This document shows, piece after piece, positions 1 through 12,449 of a stretch of DNA of 64,000 nucleotides. Each line of letters begins with the position of its first letter. Position 1 is the stretch's first letter. Below the pieces are notes generated by a model. It worked only from the letters and a program-made list of their open reading frames with translations, was not told where the DNA came from and ran no database searches. Made by a program: the position numbers and the translations under genes. The DNA is from Mobula hypostoma (lineage: Eukaryota), in the NCBI RefSeq assembly GCF_963921235.1, contig NC_086097.1, forward strand, positions 218,924,001 through 218,988,000, in the 5' to 3' direction.

Positions 1-307
1 CAACACTAAATCCACTTGTGTCAGGATCATTCTCAGGTGCTACTGCTGATCTCTGTCACATCTCACAGTTTACTACTCATTGCTATATTAAGGAGATTTA
101 CTAAACTCAATACTTAAGGAGAGAATTCGTCTCATTTTCATTTTGTCCACAATAAGAAGCACAGCAGGCTGGATATTTGTTTGCATTCATTTCAGACATT
201 TGTTCCATTGCCCAAATGTCTGAATAAAGATCTTTCTGGTTACCTCCTCCTGTGACCATTCCCATTTCAATTGGAAAAAGAATGTACTTCCTGCAAGTCC
301 AATCACA

Positions 308-535
308 AACAAAAGAAAATCTGCAGATGCTGGAAAATCGAGCAGCACACATAAAATGCTGGAGGAACTCAGCAGGCCAGGCAGCATCTGTGGAAAAGAG
401 TACAGTTGATGTTTTGGGCCGAGACCGTTCATCAGTCCTGCTGGAGGGTCTCGGCCCGAAACGTCAACTGTCCACTCTTTTCTATAGATGCTGCCTGGCC
501 TTCTGAGTTCCTCTAGCATTTTGTGTGTGTTGCTT
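308..535. mobile_element. Foldback pair of Penelope-like terminal units (older subfamily)
   Basis: A minus copy (308-435) is joined head-to-head to a plus copy (434-535) at the ribozyme 5' edge. Both hammerhead cores are mutated. Confidence 0.75.
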
Positions 536-828
536 GCCTCCTAGAAATACTATATTTCAGCAGCTTGTTGTGAATCCCAACACTCACTTGTTGCTGGCAA
601 GTGTTGTACTGTTGGATCTTTAAAAAACTGACTGCAGAAATCATGCCTATGTGGATAAGTGCAAAATGTGCAAAATATTGATAAGAAGCATAGTGTTCTG
701 TGGACAATATCATTTTAGCACAGTATTACGTTGGAAAACCATATTGCAGTGCGTGAACCTTGCAACTGAAGATCTCAATGATTTTGCAACTTTAATAAAC
801 AGCATTTGGCTGATAATGTTTTAATGTT

Positions 829-1160
829 TAAGGTGTAAGGTACTCCTTCCCTCCACTAGCCTGCAGGTCCCCCTTGGACAAGGTGTAGCACCTGTTTAGT
901 CCCCTGAACAGGGTCACGAAAAGCCATGGGAGCAGGTGATGGATGGTCATATGAGCAGCTGGTGCATATCACAAGTCCTGGTTATGTGATCACTGACAGA
1001 AGGCAGACAATCTCTGAAGAGTATTGATAATGGCTGGGATCACCTGTCTTGCAAAGATACTGCCCAGAAGAAGGCAAAGATACTGCCCAGAAGAACAATC
1101 CTTGTCATGGATATACCATGATAGCCCACGTCATACGACACGTCACATAGTGAATGAACT
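829..1160 (+). mobile_element. Probable SINE with RTE-like 3' tail
   Basis: Tail reads catgatagcccacgtcatacgacacgtcacatagtgaatgaa. Internal 22-bp direct duplication gcaaagatactgcccagaagaa. Family assignment is from recall only. Confidence 0.4.
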
Positions 1161-1339
1161 TTGAACTAGGACCTCATTAAGAATGGCCTCACTGATTACT
1201 TTGCATCCCTCAGAATTCTCTTAACTAATCACACCACTCAAACCACTAATCACATTTGGGCTCAGACCCCAAATGCTGATGAACCTTTCTCATCTTCCCT
1301 TCCCCCACCCTGACACCTGATTACCATAGTGGCTCAAAT

Positions 1340-3120
1340 CACTATAGGACATAGAAACAGAATTAGACCATTCAGCCCATCGAGTCTGCTCTGTCATTTC
1401 ATCATGGCTGATCCTGGATCCCACTCAATCCCATACATCTGCCTTCTCACCATAACCTTTGATGTCGTGACCAATCAGGAAATGATCGATTTTCGCTTTA
1501 AATATACTATGGTCTTGGCTCTCAACATTTGGCAGGTTTCAAAGAGATCCCCTTGCATTCTTCAAAATCCCAGTGAAGACAGGCCCAAAGCTGTCAAGCA
1601 CTCCTCATATGCTAACCCCTCCATTCCCAGAATCATCCTTGTGCACCTTCTCTGGATGCTCTCCAAAGACAACCCATTTAGACGGAGACGTAATGTGAAG
1701 ATTTTTACTCGTCATGTATATGAAGGATATAAGTAATAAAGTCAATTTAATTCAATTCAATTCCTTTCTGAGATATGGGGCCCAAAACTGTTGACAATTC
1801 TCAAATGTGGCCTGACTAGTGTCTTATAAAGCCTCAGCGTTATCTCCTTGTTTTTATATTCTATTCCCCTTGAAATGAAAGCTGACATTGAATTTGCCTT
1901 CTTTACCACAAACTCAATCTGTGAATTACCCTTCTGCGAGTCCTGCACAAGGACTCCCAAGTCCCTTTGCATCTCTGATGTTTGAATTTTCTCTCCATTT
2001 AGCTAATAGTCTGCACTTTTGTTCCTTTACCCAAATGCGTTATCATACATTTCCCAACACTGTATTCCATCTGCCACTTTTTCGCCTATTCATTCAATTT
2101 GTCTAAATCCTTCGGCAATTGCATTGCTTCCTCAGCATCACCTACCCCTCCACCTATCCTCGTATGATCTGCAGACTTTGCAAATCATCAGTTCCGTTAT
2201 CTAAATCATTAACAAACAATGTGAAAGCAGCGGTCCCAAAACTGACTCCTGAGGAACACCGCTAGTCATTGGCAGCCGACCAGAACAGGTTCCCTTTATT
2301 CCCACTCGCTGTCTCCTGCCTGTCAGCCATTCCTCTATCCATGCCAGTATCTTTCTTCTAATGCCATAGAATTTTATCTTGTTAAGCAGCCTCATGTATG
2401 GCACCTTATCAAATGATTTCTGAAAATCCAAGTAAATGACATTCACTGCTTCTCCTTTGTCCACCCTGCTTGTTACTTCCTTGAAGACTCTAACAGATTT
2501 GTCAGGCAAGATTTCCCTCAACAGAAACCATGCTGATTTATTTTATCATTCGTCTCCAAGTACCCGGAAACCATAATGATGGACTCCAGCACTTTCCCAA
2601 CCACTGAGATTAGGCTAACAGGCCTATAATTTCCTTTCTTTTGCCTTCCTTTTTTCTAGTCTACTGGAACCATGCCAGAATCCAGTGATTCTTGAAAGAT
2701 CATTAACAATGCCTCTGCTATCTCTTCACCAACCTCTTTCAGAACTCTGGGATATAGTCCATCTGGTCCAGCTGACTTATCCATCTTAAGACCTTTCAAT
2801 TTGCCAAGCACTTTTTCCTTTGTGATACCACTAGCACTCTCTCCTTCTCCCTGACACTCATGGACCTCTGACTCACTGCTAGTGTCTTCTGCAATGGAGA
2901 CAGGTGCAAAGTACTTATTAAGTTCGTCTGCTATTTCTTTGTCCCCCATAACAACCTCACCAGCATCATTTCCCATGGTCCAATATCAACTGTCACCTCC
3001 CTTTTACTCTTTGTATAACTGAAAAACTTTTAGTATCCTGCTTTATATTATTGGCTGGTTTACTCTCATATTTCATCTTCTCACTTCTTATAGATTTTTT
3101 ATTTGCCTTTTGTTGGATTT
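1340..3120 (-). mobile_element. CR1-clade (HER1-like) LINE, RT half and 3' end, decayed; interrupted by a Rex1-type 3' tail at about 1675-1760 (+)
   Basis: ORF fragments KSAGPDGLYPRVLKE, VIYLDFQKSFDKVP, SGVPQESVLGPLL, LYKTLVRPHL. Confidence 0.88.
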
Positions 3121-3489
3121 TACCACTCTGACTCAGACCATTCTGATGACGACGGCTCCGCTAGATGGCAACTCTCTTTTACGGAGACTGGGTTTTTCAA
3201 TCTCCACTCCAGACCTGCGCGGGAACGCTTTTACTGCATGCGTTCCACTGTCCAACCAAAGACACCTGCTGAAAACTGGCTGCTTTTTCAAGCTCCGTTC
3301 CAGACTTGCGTGGGAATGCTTCTACTGCGTCTGTGCCACTGTCCAGTCAGAAACCTCTCTTTCTGCCGGGTGCTAATCTCTGGCCACCCAATCTTTTGTT
3401 CTCAAGGCCACAATTAATCTCTGAAATGATCAGCAAAAACTTTTGTTTCTTTTGGATTTGTAGTGATTGGTGCATTAATCACTACATTA

Positions 3490-3972
3490 ATCGCCACTCA
3501 CCTGGGTGAGTGCAACTCCATCAACACTCAAGAAGCTTTACACCATCCAGTACAAGGCGGCACACTTGATTGGTATCCCTTCCACAAGCATCCAATCCCT
3601 CCACCATCAAAAAAGCAGCAGTGTGTACAATCTACAGGATGCACTGCGACAACACACCGAAGTTCCTAAGGTAGCACCTTCCAGTCCCATGACCACTACC
3701 ATCTAGAAGGACGAGAACAGCAGATACCTGGGAACAGCACCACTGGGAAATCTCCCTCTAATTCACTCACCATCCTGACTTGGAAGCATATCGCTGTTCC
3801 TTCATTGTCGCTGGGTCATAATCATGGAATTCCCTCCCTAACAGCACTGTGGATGTAGCTATACCTCAGGGACTGCAGCGGTTCAAGAAGGCTGCTCATC
3901 ACCACCTTCTCACTGGCATCTAGGGATGGGCAATAAATACTGGCATAGCTGGTAATGCCCACAACCCGTTAA
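3490..3972 (+). mobile_element. 3' end of a non-LTR retrotransposon (L2/CR1 superfamily)
   Basis: C-terminal LINE-like peptide ATPSTLKKLYTIQYKAAHLIG, a WNSLP-type motif near 3825, and the tail tagggatgggcaataaatactggc. Confidence 0.55.
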
Positions 3973-5483
3973 TTAATAATTTTAAAAATATATTAATTTT
4001 AATAGTTTTGAATATTTGTTCATGTTTATAAATGTCAAATTGTAAGTGTGCATTGCTGTTGTAGATCCTTGATTTCAATAGAAACATCCAGCTGACGTTT
4101 TCCAGAAGGGTTCACTTCTACTAAAGTTAGTAATCTTAAACAACCATGTTTCAATTGCCGATGATCTATAGTTGCGGAATTCACATGTATACGGCCATAT
4201 TTGCATTTTGCTGTCTTCTCAAGTTCTTTTCAGTAAAGAATTTGCAGGTGAGCTCCATGATTAAATCTCTTAATGAGGTATTTTAGGGAGTTTCCTTTGG
4301 TAATTTGTCCCACCCAATAGGTAACTCTTAGTTTCCCTGAGACCTTCATTATTTTAATAATTATTAGCCATTAAGTTCCACCATGGGTTCTACTTTGAAA
4401 ATATATGAAAGGCAGTTCTTTCTGGTATTTTATTTGGTAATTTTTTCTTCAATATTTTTTATGGCATTTTCCTTCTTAAGTCATTCTCCATGAGCTGTCT
4501 ATTGCAGGTAAAAAAAGAACTTTAAAAATCACAGAGCCTCTTTTGCAGGTCGTGCACAGCCATATATAACTGTTACTGAGGATGTTTTATCCCTTAATTG
4601 TGATGTACCTTATTTGTTCTCTATAAAGTTGAATCATATTCTGGAATGGGGTTGTGGGGGGTGGGGGGCAATGCTACTGCACAGAATTGAATAGAGTGTA
4701 AAAAAAAAATGCATAGATTTGTTTTGCCTGTGTTCTCCTCCCCCACCCTCACTCCCCAACCTTCTCCCAATTGCTATAATGCAATAGAATCAGTACTGAA
4801 TGTGAAAATTAGTTTTCCTTCCATTACTGGATTATGAGTACAGTTGAGAGAGAAGTGTGTGTGGGTGAGGGGTGTGGAGTTTTCTGGCAGGACGATGAGG
4901 TTTGAGTCAGGATGTTTGAGGTGAAAGTGGGAATGTTGCTGGATCAGGAGAGTTGGGGATTAAAGGCTACTGAGTACAAGTAAAAAAAATAAAAACATAG
5001 TCCCCACAAGTGCAGGACTCATGGTCATAGATCAATAAAGATTCTTCTGAAGGTTCACTTCTGTGTGAGTGGCTAAGCCACTCAGTGGACATTGGGGTTG
5101 GAATGACATGAAAACACAGATAGCGTGCTTCCTAGCAACAGGGAATTAACTCAATGACTGGCCTGATTCGGTCCATTTTAACATAATTCTAATACTGAAA
5201 ATTAGTGATTCTGCTAGTCTTTTTGTTTGACTCTGTCTAATCCAAAGTGGATTTTCAGCTGTTCTGTTCACAAAAGTGTATAGCTTCCATGGTGGAATAA
5301 AATGATCCATGTCTCTTCATCCATAAGGCCATTGTAGCAACCTTGTGCTGGTGAAGCTTCCTGGATGTGAATGCTGCTGGGTTTTATAGAAGAGCAAACA
5401 TTTGTATTTCATAAAATAGAAATGTACAGATCAAACAGTAATAAGACAGGATTTCTAATACTGTCTCTGTTTTTATTGCTTAG

Positions 5484-5622
5484 GAAATGATGACAAAACT
5501 AATAACGGAGACACCCGACAAGCCAATTCCATTTTTAATAAGCCACCTGCAAAATAAACAAGGAAGTCCCAACCAGCTCCAAAGAAGATTTTCAGGCTCA
5601 GCTGCACTCTGGGCTGAAACTG
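5484..5622 (+). CDS. C8orf34: C8orf34/VEST1 orthologue, internal coding exon (first seen); RIIa/Dpy-30-like dimerisation region
   Basis: ttag|GAA ATG ATG ACA...ACT G|gtaatg. Encodes [46 protein letters not shown], matching my recollection of human C8orf34 [27 protein letters not shown]...[10 protein letters not shown]. 139 nt, phase 0 to 1. Confidence 0.93.
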
Positions 5623-5794
5623 GTAATGACACAAACCGTTTTCTGTACATCCTTCAAACATTAACTGCTAGAATAGTACTGGATATTTTCCTTTCCGCAA
5701 CTGCAAAATCTGTCAGGTTTATCCTTTACAACACGGGGGGTATTTTGTCAAATTATGTGAAATATTGTGAAATTCCAGACTAACAAGTACTGTT

Positions 5795-5932
5795 GAGTCC
5801 TGATGAAGGGTCTCGGCCTGAAACATTGACTGTTTACTCTTTTCAATAGATGCTGCCTGGCCTGGTGAATTCTTCCAGCATTACGTGTGTGTTACTTGGA
5901 TTTCCATCATCTGCAGATTTTCTTGGCTTTGT
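5795..5932 (+). mobile_element. Penelope-like terminal unit insertion (hammerhead decayed)
   Basis: agtcctgatgaagggtctcggcctgaaacattgactg...catctgcagattttctt. Flanking near-TSD acaagt(a/g)ctgtt at 5783-5794 and 5933-5944. Confidence 0.8.
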
Positions 5933-6179
5933 ACAAGTGCTGTTTGTACAGGCTAGTAACTTGAGATGGTTGGTCTTGAATGGTCTGTGCATTCTTTTAG
6001 TGCTTGTATAAAGTTCTAATGGGAGATAGAGACAATTATTTACTCTGGTCACCTTGCACATATCTATCAGGATAGAAAGAGATCCCAATGGTTCCATCTT
6101 CTGCCCTACCAACAGCTGCATGGAGCTGGTATACTGGATGAATTGTCTGACCATTAAGGCTGCACCTGATAACTGATAA

Positions 6180-6301
6180 GCACAAGAAATTCTACAGATG
6201 CTGGAAAGCCGAAGCAACACACATTAATGTTGGGGAACTCAGCAGGTCAGGCAAATGAACAAATAATCGATGTTTCAGGCTGAGACCGTTCTTCAGGACT
6301 G
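6180..6301 (-). mobile_element. Penelope-like terminal unit insertion, diverged
   Basis: Homologous to the reverse complement of the 63068-63206 unit and ends at ...ttcaggact. Confidence 0.7.
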
Positions 6302-6330
6302 ATTACTGATTAGTAGTTGATTTATTATTG

Positions 6331-6492
6331 ACGAATAAACTCTTCTTGGGCTTCCAGCCTGGTACAGTTATCAATTTTAACCAAAGTTTTGATGACAAGC
6401 TCTGCCATCGTTGGTTGAAATCGACACCTGTACCTGGCTGGAAGCCCAAGAAGCGTTTGCTCGCTATATACGCCAGGAAAGCATTAGATCCT
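6331..6492. mobile_element. Foldback element, probably the terminus of a second Penelope-like family
   Basis: Inverted arms 6332-6384 and 6411-6463 surround an inner hairpin GATGACA-AGCTC-TGCCATC. Confidence 0.5.
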
Positions 6493-6927
6493 TTCTTCTT
6501 TTTGATTTACTATTCTTACATGTACTGAGATATAGTGAAAATCTTTGTGTTGCATGCTATTATAGAAAAAAAACATAAGTACAAAGGGAAAAGTAATAAC
6601 AAAATGCAGAATGTAGGGTTACAGTTACAGAGAAGGTGCAGTGCAGGTAGATAATAAGGCTGATTTTGAATAACTAAGTGTAGGTAGAACATGGGACTGA
6701 AACATGGTGTACCATTTTTTGGGAAAGCTTTATAATCTTCATTATTTTTCTGTTTCTTTTTAAATGCTTTTTTTTATCTGTTACTTAAAGGGAAGCATTT
6801 AAAGAAGCAATGAATTTCTGAAGCTGGCAGCTGACAGACTAGCTTGTGGAGTGAGAATCCTAATAGGAATCGACATTACATACTTAATAGCTTTTGAACT
6901 TTGTAAATTGGTCAGGGTTAGGTCAAT

Positions 6928-7405
6928 TTTAGATTAGATTAGATTATGAGGACAGGCAGTCCTCTTTTATTGTCATTTAGTAGTGCATGCATTAAGAAAT
7001 GATACAATATTCCTCCAGTGTGATATCACAAAAACACAGGACAGACCAAGACTGAAAAACTAACAAAACCACATAATTATAACATATAGTTACAACAGTA
7101 CAACAATACCATAACTTGATGAAGAACAGTCCATGGCACAGTAAAAAAGTTCAAAGTTTCTTGAAAGTCCCACATCTCACACAGACGGGAGAAGGAAGAA
7201 AACTCTCCCTGCCATGCCTGACCACAGTCCGACTCTGAGTCGTCCGAAAACTTCGAGCTCTGATCAGCCGTCCGGCACCAAGTACTGAGCACCATCTCTA
7301 TCCGAATGCTTCACCCTCAGCCTCGGTCATCAGCAGCAGGCAAAGCCAGGGATTTTAGGGCCTACCCTCCAGAGATTCTCGATCGCACAGTAACAACAGC
7401 AGCAA
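6928..7405 (-). mobile_element. Non-autonomous retroelement or Rex1-type 3' end with (TCTAA)n tail
   Basis: Plus strand shows an agattagattagatt microsatellite followed by ttttattgtcatt (AATAAA on the minus strand). Confidence 0.45.
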
Positions 7406-7642
7406 ATGGATGGTTACCACAAAAGGGAAAATCAAATGCTTTTTGAAATTACACAACTAAAGAAAGAAATTTTATTGTGACAGAAATGCAATTTCCCACA
7501 GTTTGGAGATCCTATCAGGTCTGTGAGCTATTTTAAGAATTACTCGGGTATTATGTGAATATTAAAAGATTTTTTATTTAATAAGAACATTTAATTTAGC
7601 TGGTTGTCAGTTTCTTCTTGCTAATTTAATGTTCTTTTTCAG

Positions 7643-7771
7643 GTAAAAAAGGGATGCAGCGAGATTGTAGAGGTTATGAAAAACCATGGCTTACAAATGC
7701 TAAAAAGCCAAAAAAGTCGAAAAGTGACCTTGTAATGTCCAACATATCACCATCACCAGAATCAAAATCCT
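7643..7771 (+). CDS. C8orf34: C8orf34 internal coding exon
   Basis: tttttcag|GT AAA AAA GGG...TCC T|gtaagc. Encodes [43 protein letters not shown]. 129 nt, phase 1-1, in frame with the previous exon. Confidence 0.93.
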
Positions 7772-7957
7772 GTAAGCAAGTTTTCACTTAATTGCTTTTC
7801 TTTGCAGTTAATTTCCAAGGTTACAGTGGTTAGTAGTGAGTTGCTGTTATTATCAAATTTATTTCACATGAATGCTCTATATTTTGTGATTATGACAGTT
7901 ATGTACAGTACTGGAAAACAGAAAACAAATAAAGCTATATTTACTGAAATTTGGAGG

Positions 7958-8100
7958 GGAAAGAACAGGAATGCTGGAGGGAATCAGTCAGTCAAGCAGC
8001 ATCTATGGAAAGAGGGACATGTCTATGTAGCTAACCTGAAACATTGACTGATTTCTCTTGCATAAATACTGTTCGGCTGGCTGACACCTTCCAGCAATTT
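7958..8100 (-). mobile_element. Old Penelope-like terminal unit remnants
   Basis: Degenerate aatgctggagg...cagcatctatgga followed by an inverted partial cctgaaacattgactg. Confidence 0.45.
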
Positions 8101-8673
8101 GGTTCTTATTGAAAAATAGAACTGTCTTCTGAGTTCTTTTTTTAAGGGAAGTTCTTTACTTGCAGTATTCCATAATGATTTGAAGGTAGAATTAGCTTAA
8201 AATCACAGACGGTTCTGCTGATGATACTGATGGGGATCCAAATGTATCTTGTTGTTCAAACTCAAAATAGAATTATATAGTTGATGTTTGAAAACTAGGT
8301 CAAGTGACACATTAGTAAATTTTATAATAAATGATATTCCACAGGATAGTATTTCAAATGAAAAGAATAAATGCATGCAGAAAAGCAATGCACATATCCT
8401 TATAAATCAAATATTAGTTTAACTTTTAGACAATGTTCTTGGGACAAATATTTACAAGCTTTGTGCAACTGTGTACAACTAGATATAATTAAGTTGAAAA
8501 TCTATCTTGCTATGCAGAGTTGTTGTTAGTGATCTTGCATTATTCTAATGAATTAGTTATTCCAATAATGTCATGCCAGGTTCTTCTATTAAGGAGAAAG
8601 TATAATAACTGTGAGGGAGAATCAGTGAGGGTAAACTGCTGACTTTTTCTCACAGTTTCCTTAATCCTTGCAG

Positions 8674-8802
8674 TACCAAGGTCAATGGAACATGCGGCTT
8701 GGGATTGGCAAAGAAAACCGGAAAGCCACAACTTTGATGAACTGAATCACATCCTTCAGGAAAGCAAGAAGCTGGGCAAAGCCTTGGAAAACCTCTCACG
8801 CA
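8674..8802 (+). CDS. C8orf34: C8orf34 internal coding exon
   Basis: ttgcag|TA CCA AGG...CGC A|gtgggt. Encodes [43 protein letters not shown]. 129 nt, phase 1-1. Confidence 0.92.
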
Positions 8803-10934
8803 GTGGGTATTTCTTATTGGTAATTAACATAGCAATATAAACTTAATCCTTTTTAAGTGGAGATTGCAATTACCCTATTTTTGTCCTACAAGACTGCTGG
8901 ATATAAAATACTTCTAAATTGAATTTGCATTTATTGTGGTGCACAGGTGTTAAATACTCATGGACTCATAGAGAGATACAACATGGAAATTGCTTTTTGA
9001 CCTACTGAATCCAAGGGGACCCTCAACCACCCATTGTTGAGCCTAAATTGTTCCCATTTTGTATTCTCTCCTCACACCTGTCAGCTTCCCCCAGATTCTG
9101 TCTCACACCCACACACTAGAGGCAATTTGCAGTTGGCAATTAACCTTCCAGTCTGCATACTGAAACTTACTTTATTTCTATAGGTATGCATAAGTGGAAA
9201 GAAGTAAAGATGTGAAAATATGTTTACATGATCCTTGAATGGAGCACAGAACTCCAGGTTCAAATTAATCTGATACTATTCTAGAGAGGGATATCAAAGA
9301 TATTTACTCAAGCACTTTTTACTTTTGCTCCCCTTCTCCATTTCACATGCTTTCCTTTAAGATACACCATTTTCCCCTCAGAAATGACAGTTCTTAATCT
9401 TGAAATTTAGGAAGCACAAGTCATCGTTGGCTAACAAACTATCCATTGTCCATCAGGAACTGGACAAGTGATTGCTATTTTTTGCATTAATTATGTTTAA
9501 ATTTCTTCTAAATGTTAATTGCAGTCAGCTGCTATGTGGCTGTGTATGTTAAACTTAGAGCAGGTTGATACAGCTAAATAGAAAATAATTCAACTTTTAC
9601 ATAGGGCAAAAAATATCTCCATTATACCCAGAATGGTGTTAGAAGCCTTGGGTAAAAATCTGATCCTATATCCTGTTATTTCCAAGTACCAGCATCACAG
9701 CACACCTTCTGTCTTTGTCTCTATTTATGCCTTCGTTTTTTAAACCATTTTCGGATTTTTTCCCTAAGGGTCTGATCAACAGAGCATCAACTAGATCTTC
9801 TGAGTTTATTTTACTCTTGCTACTGATCACTAATCTCCTGAGAGATGTTAATTTTATACTTGTGTCCTGAAATTCTGCATCCACAGTTTTGCTAACCTGT
9901 TTAAGTCGGAAAATCAAGCAGATTGGCTATCCCAGCATGCACTGCTGCAGTGTTGCAGTAATTTGGATTGTATTTAATGGGCCAGATAAACTGGATCTTT
10001 TGTGTTTTCTTAGTTTAAAAATAGTATTGAGTTTGTTACTTACATCAAGCACTTGGAATATTGGTTCTCTTCCATATTTTTATGGCTTAATACTTCAACA
10101 ATTACTTCAAGAATATATTTGACATACATACCAGTACAAACACTCGAGAAATCTCTTCAAATCACTAATGTCAGGGTAGTCAATATAATTGGCATTATAT
10201 ATTATTTCTAGCATAGTAGCGGAAAATCTTGATTATCTTTACCACGATGTTTATTTCAATAAAAACCTCCACTCAAAACGGCACTTTGAAGCTGCCAGCA
10301 GTGAGCTCTATCCCTTATGTCAAACCACTGGTGGATCGCAGTGCAGAAGTAATCATCTGGAATAAAAATACCAGAGTTTGAAAAGGTCAGAATGTAATGG
10401 GATCACAATTGATCACTTCATTAAAAACATTGTGTTTGACGGATAAACCATCTCACTTCTTCAATGATCACTTACTATTACTCCTGTAGATAGTTTAATT
10501 TACTCATTTTATAAATGCAAAACACATGCAGTAATTGCTAACTTGAGAGACATACAAAGGAGGTTACTGTGTTGTAGAGTTTTCACTGTCATGTCAGAGT
10601 ACAAACAATGAACTGTTTCCAGTGTTGGTGGCATAAAGAACATTTGAATTAGGTCTCCAAACAATTACGAAAATTGCCAACAAATCTGTTTTTGCATCAA
10701 TGTGCAGAGTTTAGAGATTTCTGAAGTTAGAAGTTAATTTTGGAGTATACAGTTCATCAGAGTTAAAACCCCTGTTGCAAGTTCACTTGTCAGGCACAGG
10801 ATGTATTTCAATGACTTTAGCGCCAATGGGCTATCATATCATTGATTTTGTGATCTCATCTTCATCATTTTGGGGAAGGAAGTAAAGACCAAGTCTCTTT
10901 GCTGATTGGAAGAGATATTTATCTCAACTATGCA

Positions 10935-11170
10935 AATACAAGGAAATCTGCAGATGCTGGAAATTCAAGCAAAACACATCAAAGTTGCTGGTGAACGCAG
11001 CCAGGCAGCATCTCTAGGAAGAGGTACAGTCAACGTTTCGGGCCGAGACCCTTCGTCAGGACTAACTGAAAGAAGAGCTCGTAAGAGATTTGAAAGTGGG
11101 AGGGGGAGATCCAAAATGATAGGAGAAGACAGGAGGGGGAGGGATGGAGCCAAGAGCGGGACAGTTGACT
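10935..11170 (-). mobile_element. Penelope-like 3' end insertion
   Basis: Matches the reverse complement of about 62970-63200. Confidence 0.82.
11027..11064 (-). ncRNA. Minimal type I hammerhead ribozyme motif (GUU triplet variant)
   Basis: Reverse complement reads TAGTC-CTGACGA-AGGGTCTCGGCCC-GAA-ACGT-T/GACTG. Confidence 0.65.
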
Positions 11171-11214
11171 TTTTGAACGTGTCCGATACAAGCTGTTGGT
11201 CTAGCCCTGTTTTG

Positions 11215-12050
11215 TTCTTAGTTCTTGGGGTTTTTTCTTCTACGTTCCAAGGAATAAAGTCCTAACCTATTTAATCTTTCCTTATAACTCAGGTGCTCCA
11301 GTCTCAGCAACATCTTTGTAAATTTTCTCAGCACTCTTTCCACCTTGTTTACATCTTTCCTGTAGTTAGATGACCAAGATTGCACAAAATGCTCCAAAAT
11401 AGGCTTTACCAACATATTATTCAACTTCAACATAACATCCCTTCTCCTGTACTCAATACTTTGATTTACGAAGGCGAATGTGCCTTTGAATTTCTTAAAT
11501 CTAATTGCAACTGGGGTCTCAGAACATATACAAAGAACACAAGAAAATAAGAACAGGATTAGGTGATTGGGTCCCTTGAGACTGTCCCACAATATGATGG
11601 ATTGCCTCCAGTGTTACTATATCCATTTTTACATGAGTGTACCAAAATTGTGCCCAGTATTCCATGTGTGGCCTTCCGGATACCTTATACAACTTTAATA
11701 AAGCCTCCCTATTCTTAAGCTCTAACCCCTTTTCAATAGAGGCTAACATGCTGTTTGTATTATTTACTTGTTGGGCCTGCCTACAAACATTTTGTGATCC
11801 AAGCATGAGAACACCTAGGTCCTGATGAAGGGTCTCGGCCTGAAATGTTGTCTAGAGATCCCTTCCTAGAGATGTTGCCCGGCCTGCTGCGTTCACCAGC
11901 AACTTTTATGTGTGTTGCTTGAGGACCTAGGTCCCTCATTTGCAATCTTTCTTCATTTAGATTATACTCTACCTTTTGAATCCTTTCACTGAAGAGTTTG
12001 ACCTCACTTTTCCCCACATTGTCAGATTTTCATCCATCACTTAGTCTATC
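11215..12050 (-). mobile_element. Two CR1 3' fragments, the second interrupted by a Penelope-like unit at about 11818-11921 (+)
   Basis: Peptides AFVNQSIEYRRRDVMLKL, LSYKERLNRLGLYSLERRR, LYKVSGRPHMEY. The inserted unit is flanked by acctaggtcc on both sides. Confidence 0.78.
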
Positions 12051-12449
12051 TACATTTTGTTGCAGAATCACTATGCTGCATGCTGACATCACTACACAAC
12101 CTTCTGTATTTTTTTTATATGTTATTGGCAAACTTGGAAATCTTATAGTTCATGGGGAAATTGCTTAGAAACCGGAATTGACTTAACAGTTACAGATATT
12201 AATTATCGTAAAGTGTATATGTTTGAATTAGTTACTCACACAATCAATCACGGTTCACAATAGAGGTGTTAAAGTCATTTGAAACTTCAAGCAGACAGCC
12301 AATGATATCTTGAAGTTAGTAAAGACAATAGAGCCCTAGATGTTAGGTATTGTTTCACATCTTTCTATTATCTCATCTGTCACCAGCATTCCCTATTGTG
12401 TAAAGGGAAGACCTTTTTGGAAAATGTCTCACTAGAAGAGACCTCAATA

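Noticed and set aside
187..519. Recurring short ORFs such as LQMLEIQATHIKVAGERSRPGSISRKR and DVSGRDPSSGL (also near 10906, 34082, 38050, 47253, 54052)
   Set aside because: These are incidental translations of the non-coding Penelope terminal unit, not a protein family.
3122..3400. GC-richer segment with an imperfect repeat (ccagac(c/t)tgcg(c/t)gggaa) and ORFs 3103-3417 and 3110-3376
   Set aside because: No recognisable protein. It abuts a CR1 and is most likely retroelement UTR sequence, but I cannot assign it.
1..5483. First coding exon of C8orf34 (expected ...YLEKNKIGPLFE-like)
   Set aside because: No matching segment found; it probably lies upstream of the window.
5623..5783. ORF extension beyond the C8orf34 exon (likewise 43721-43803)
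   Set aside because: Similarity stops at a GT donor; the remainder is intron read-through.
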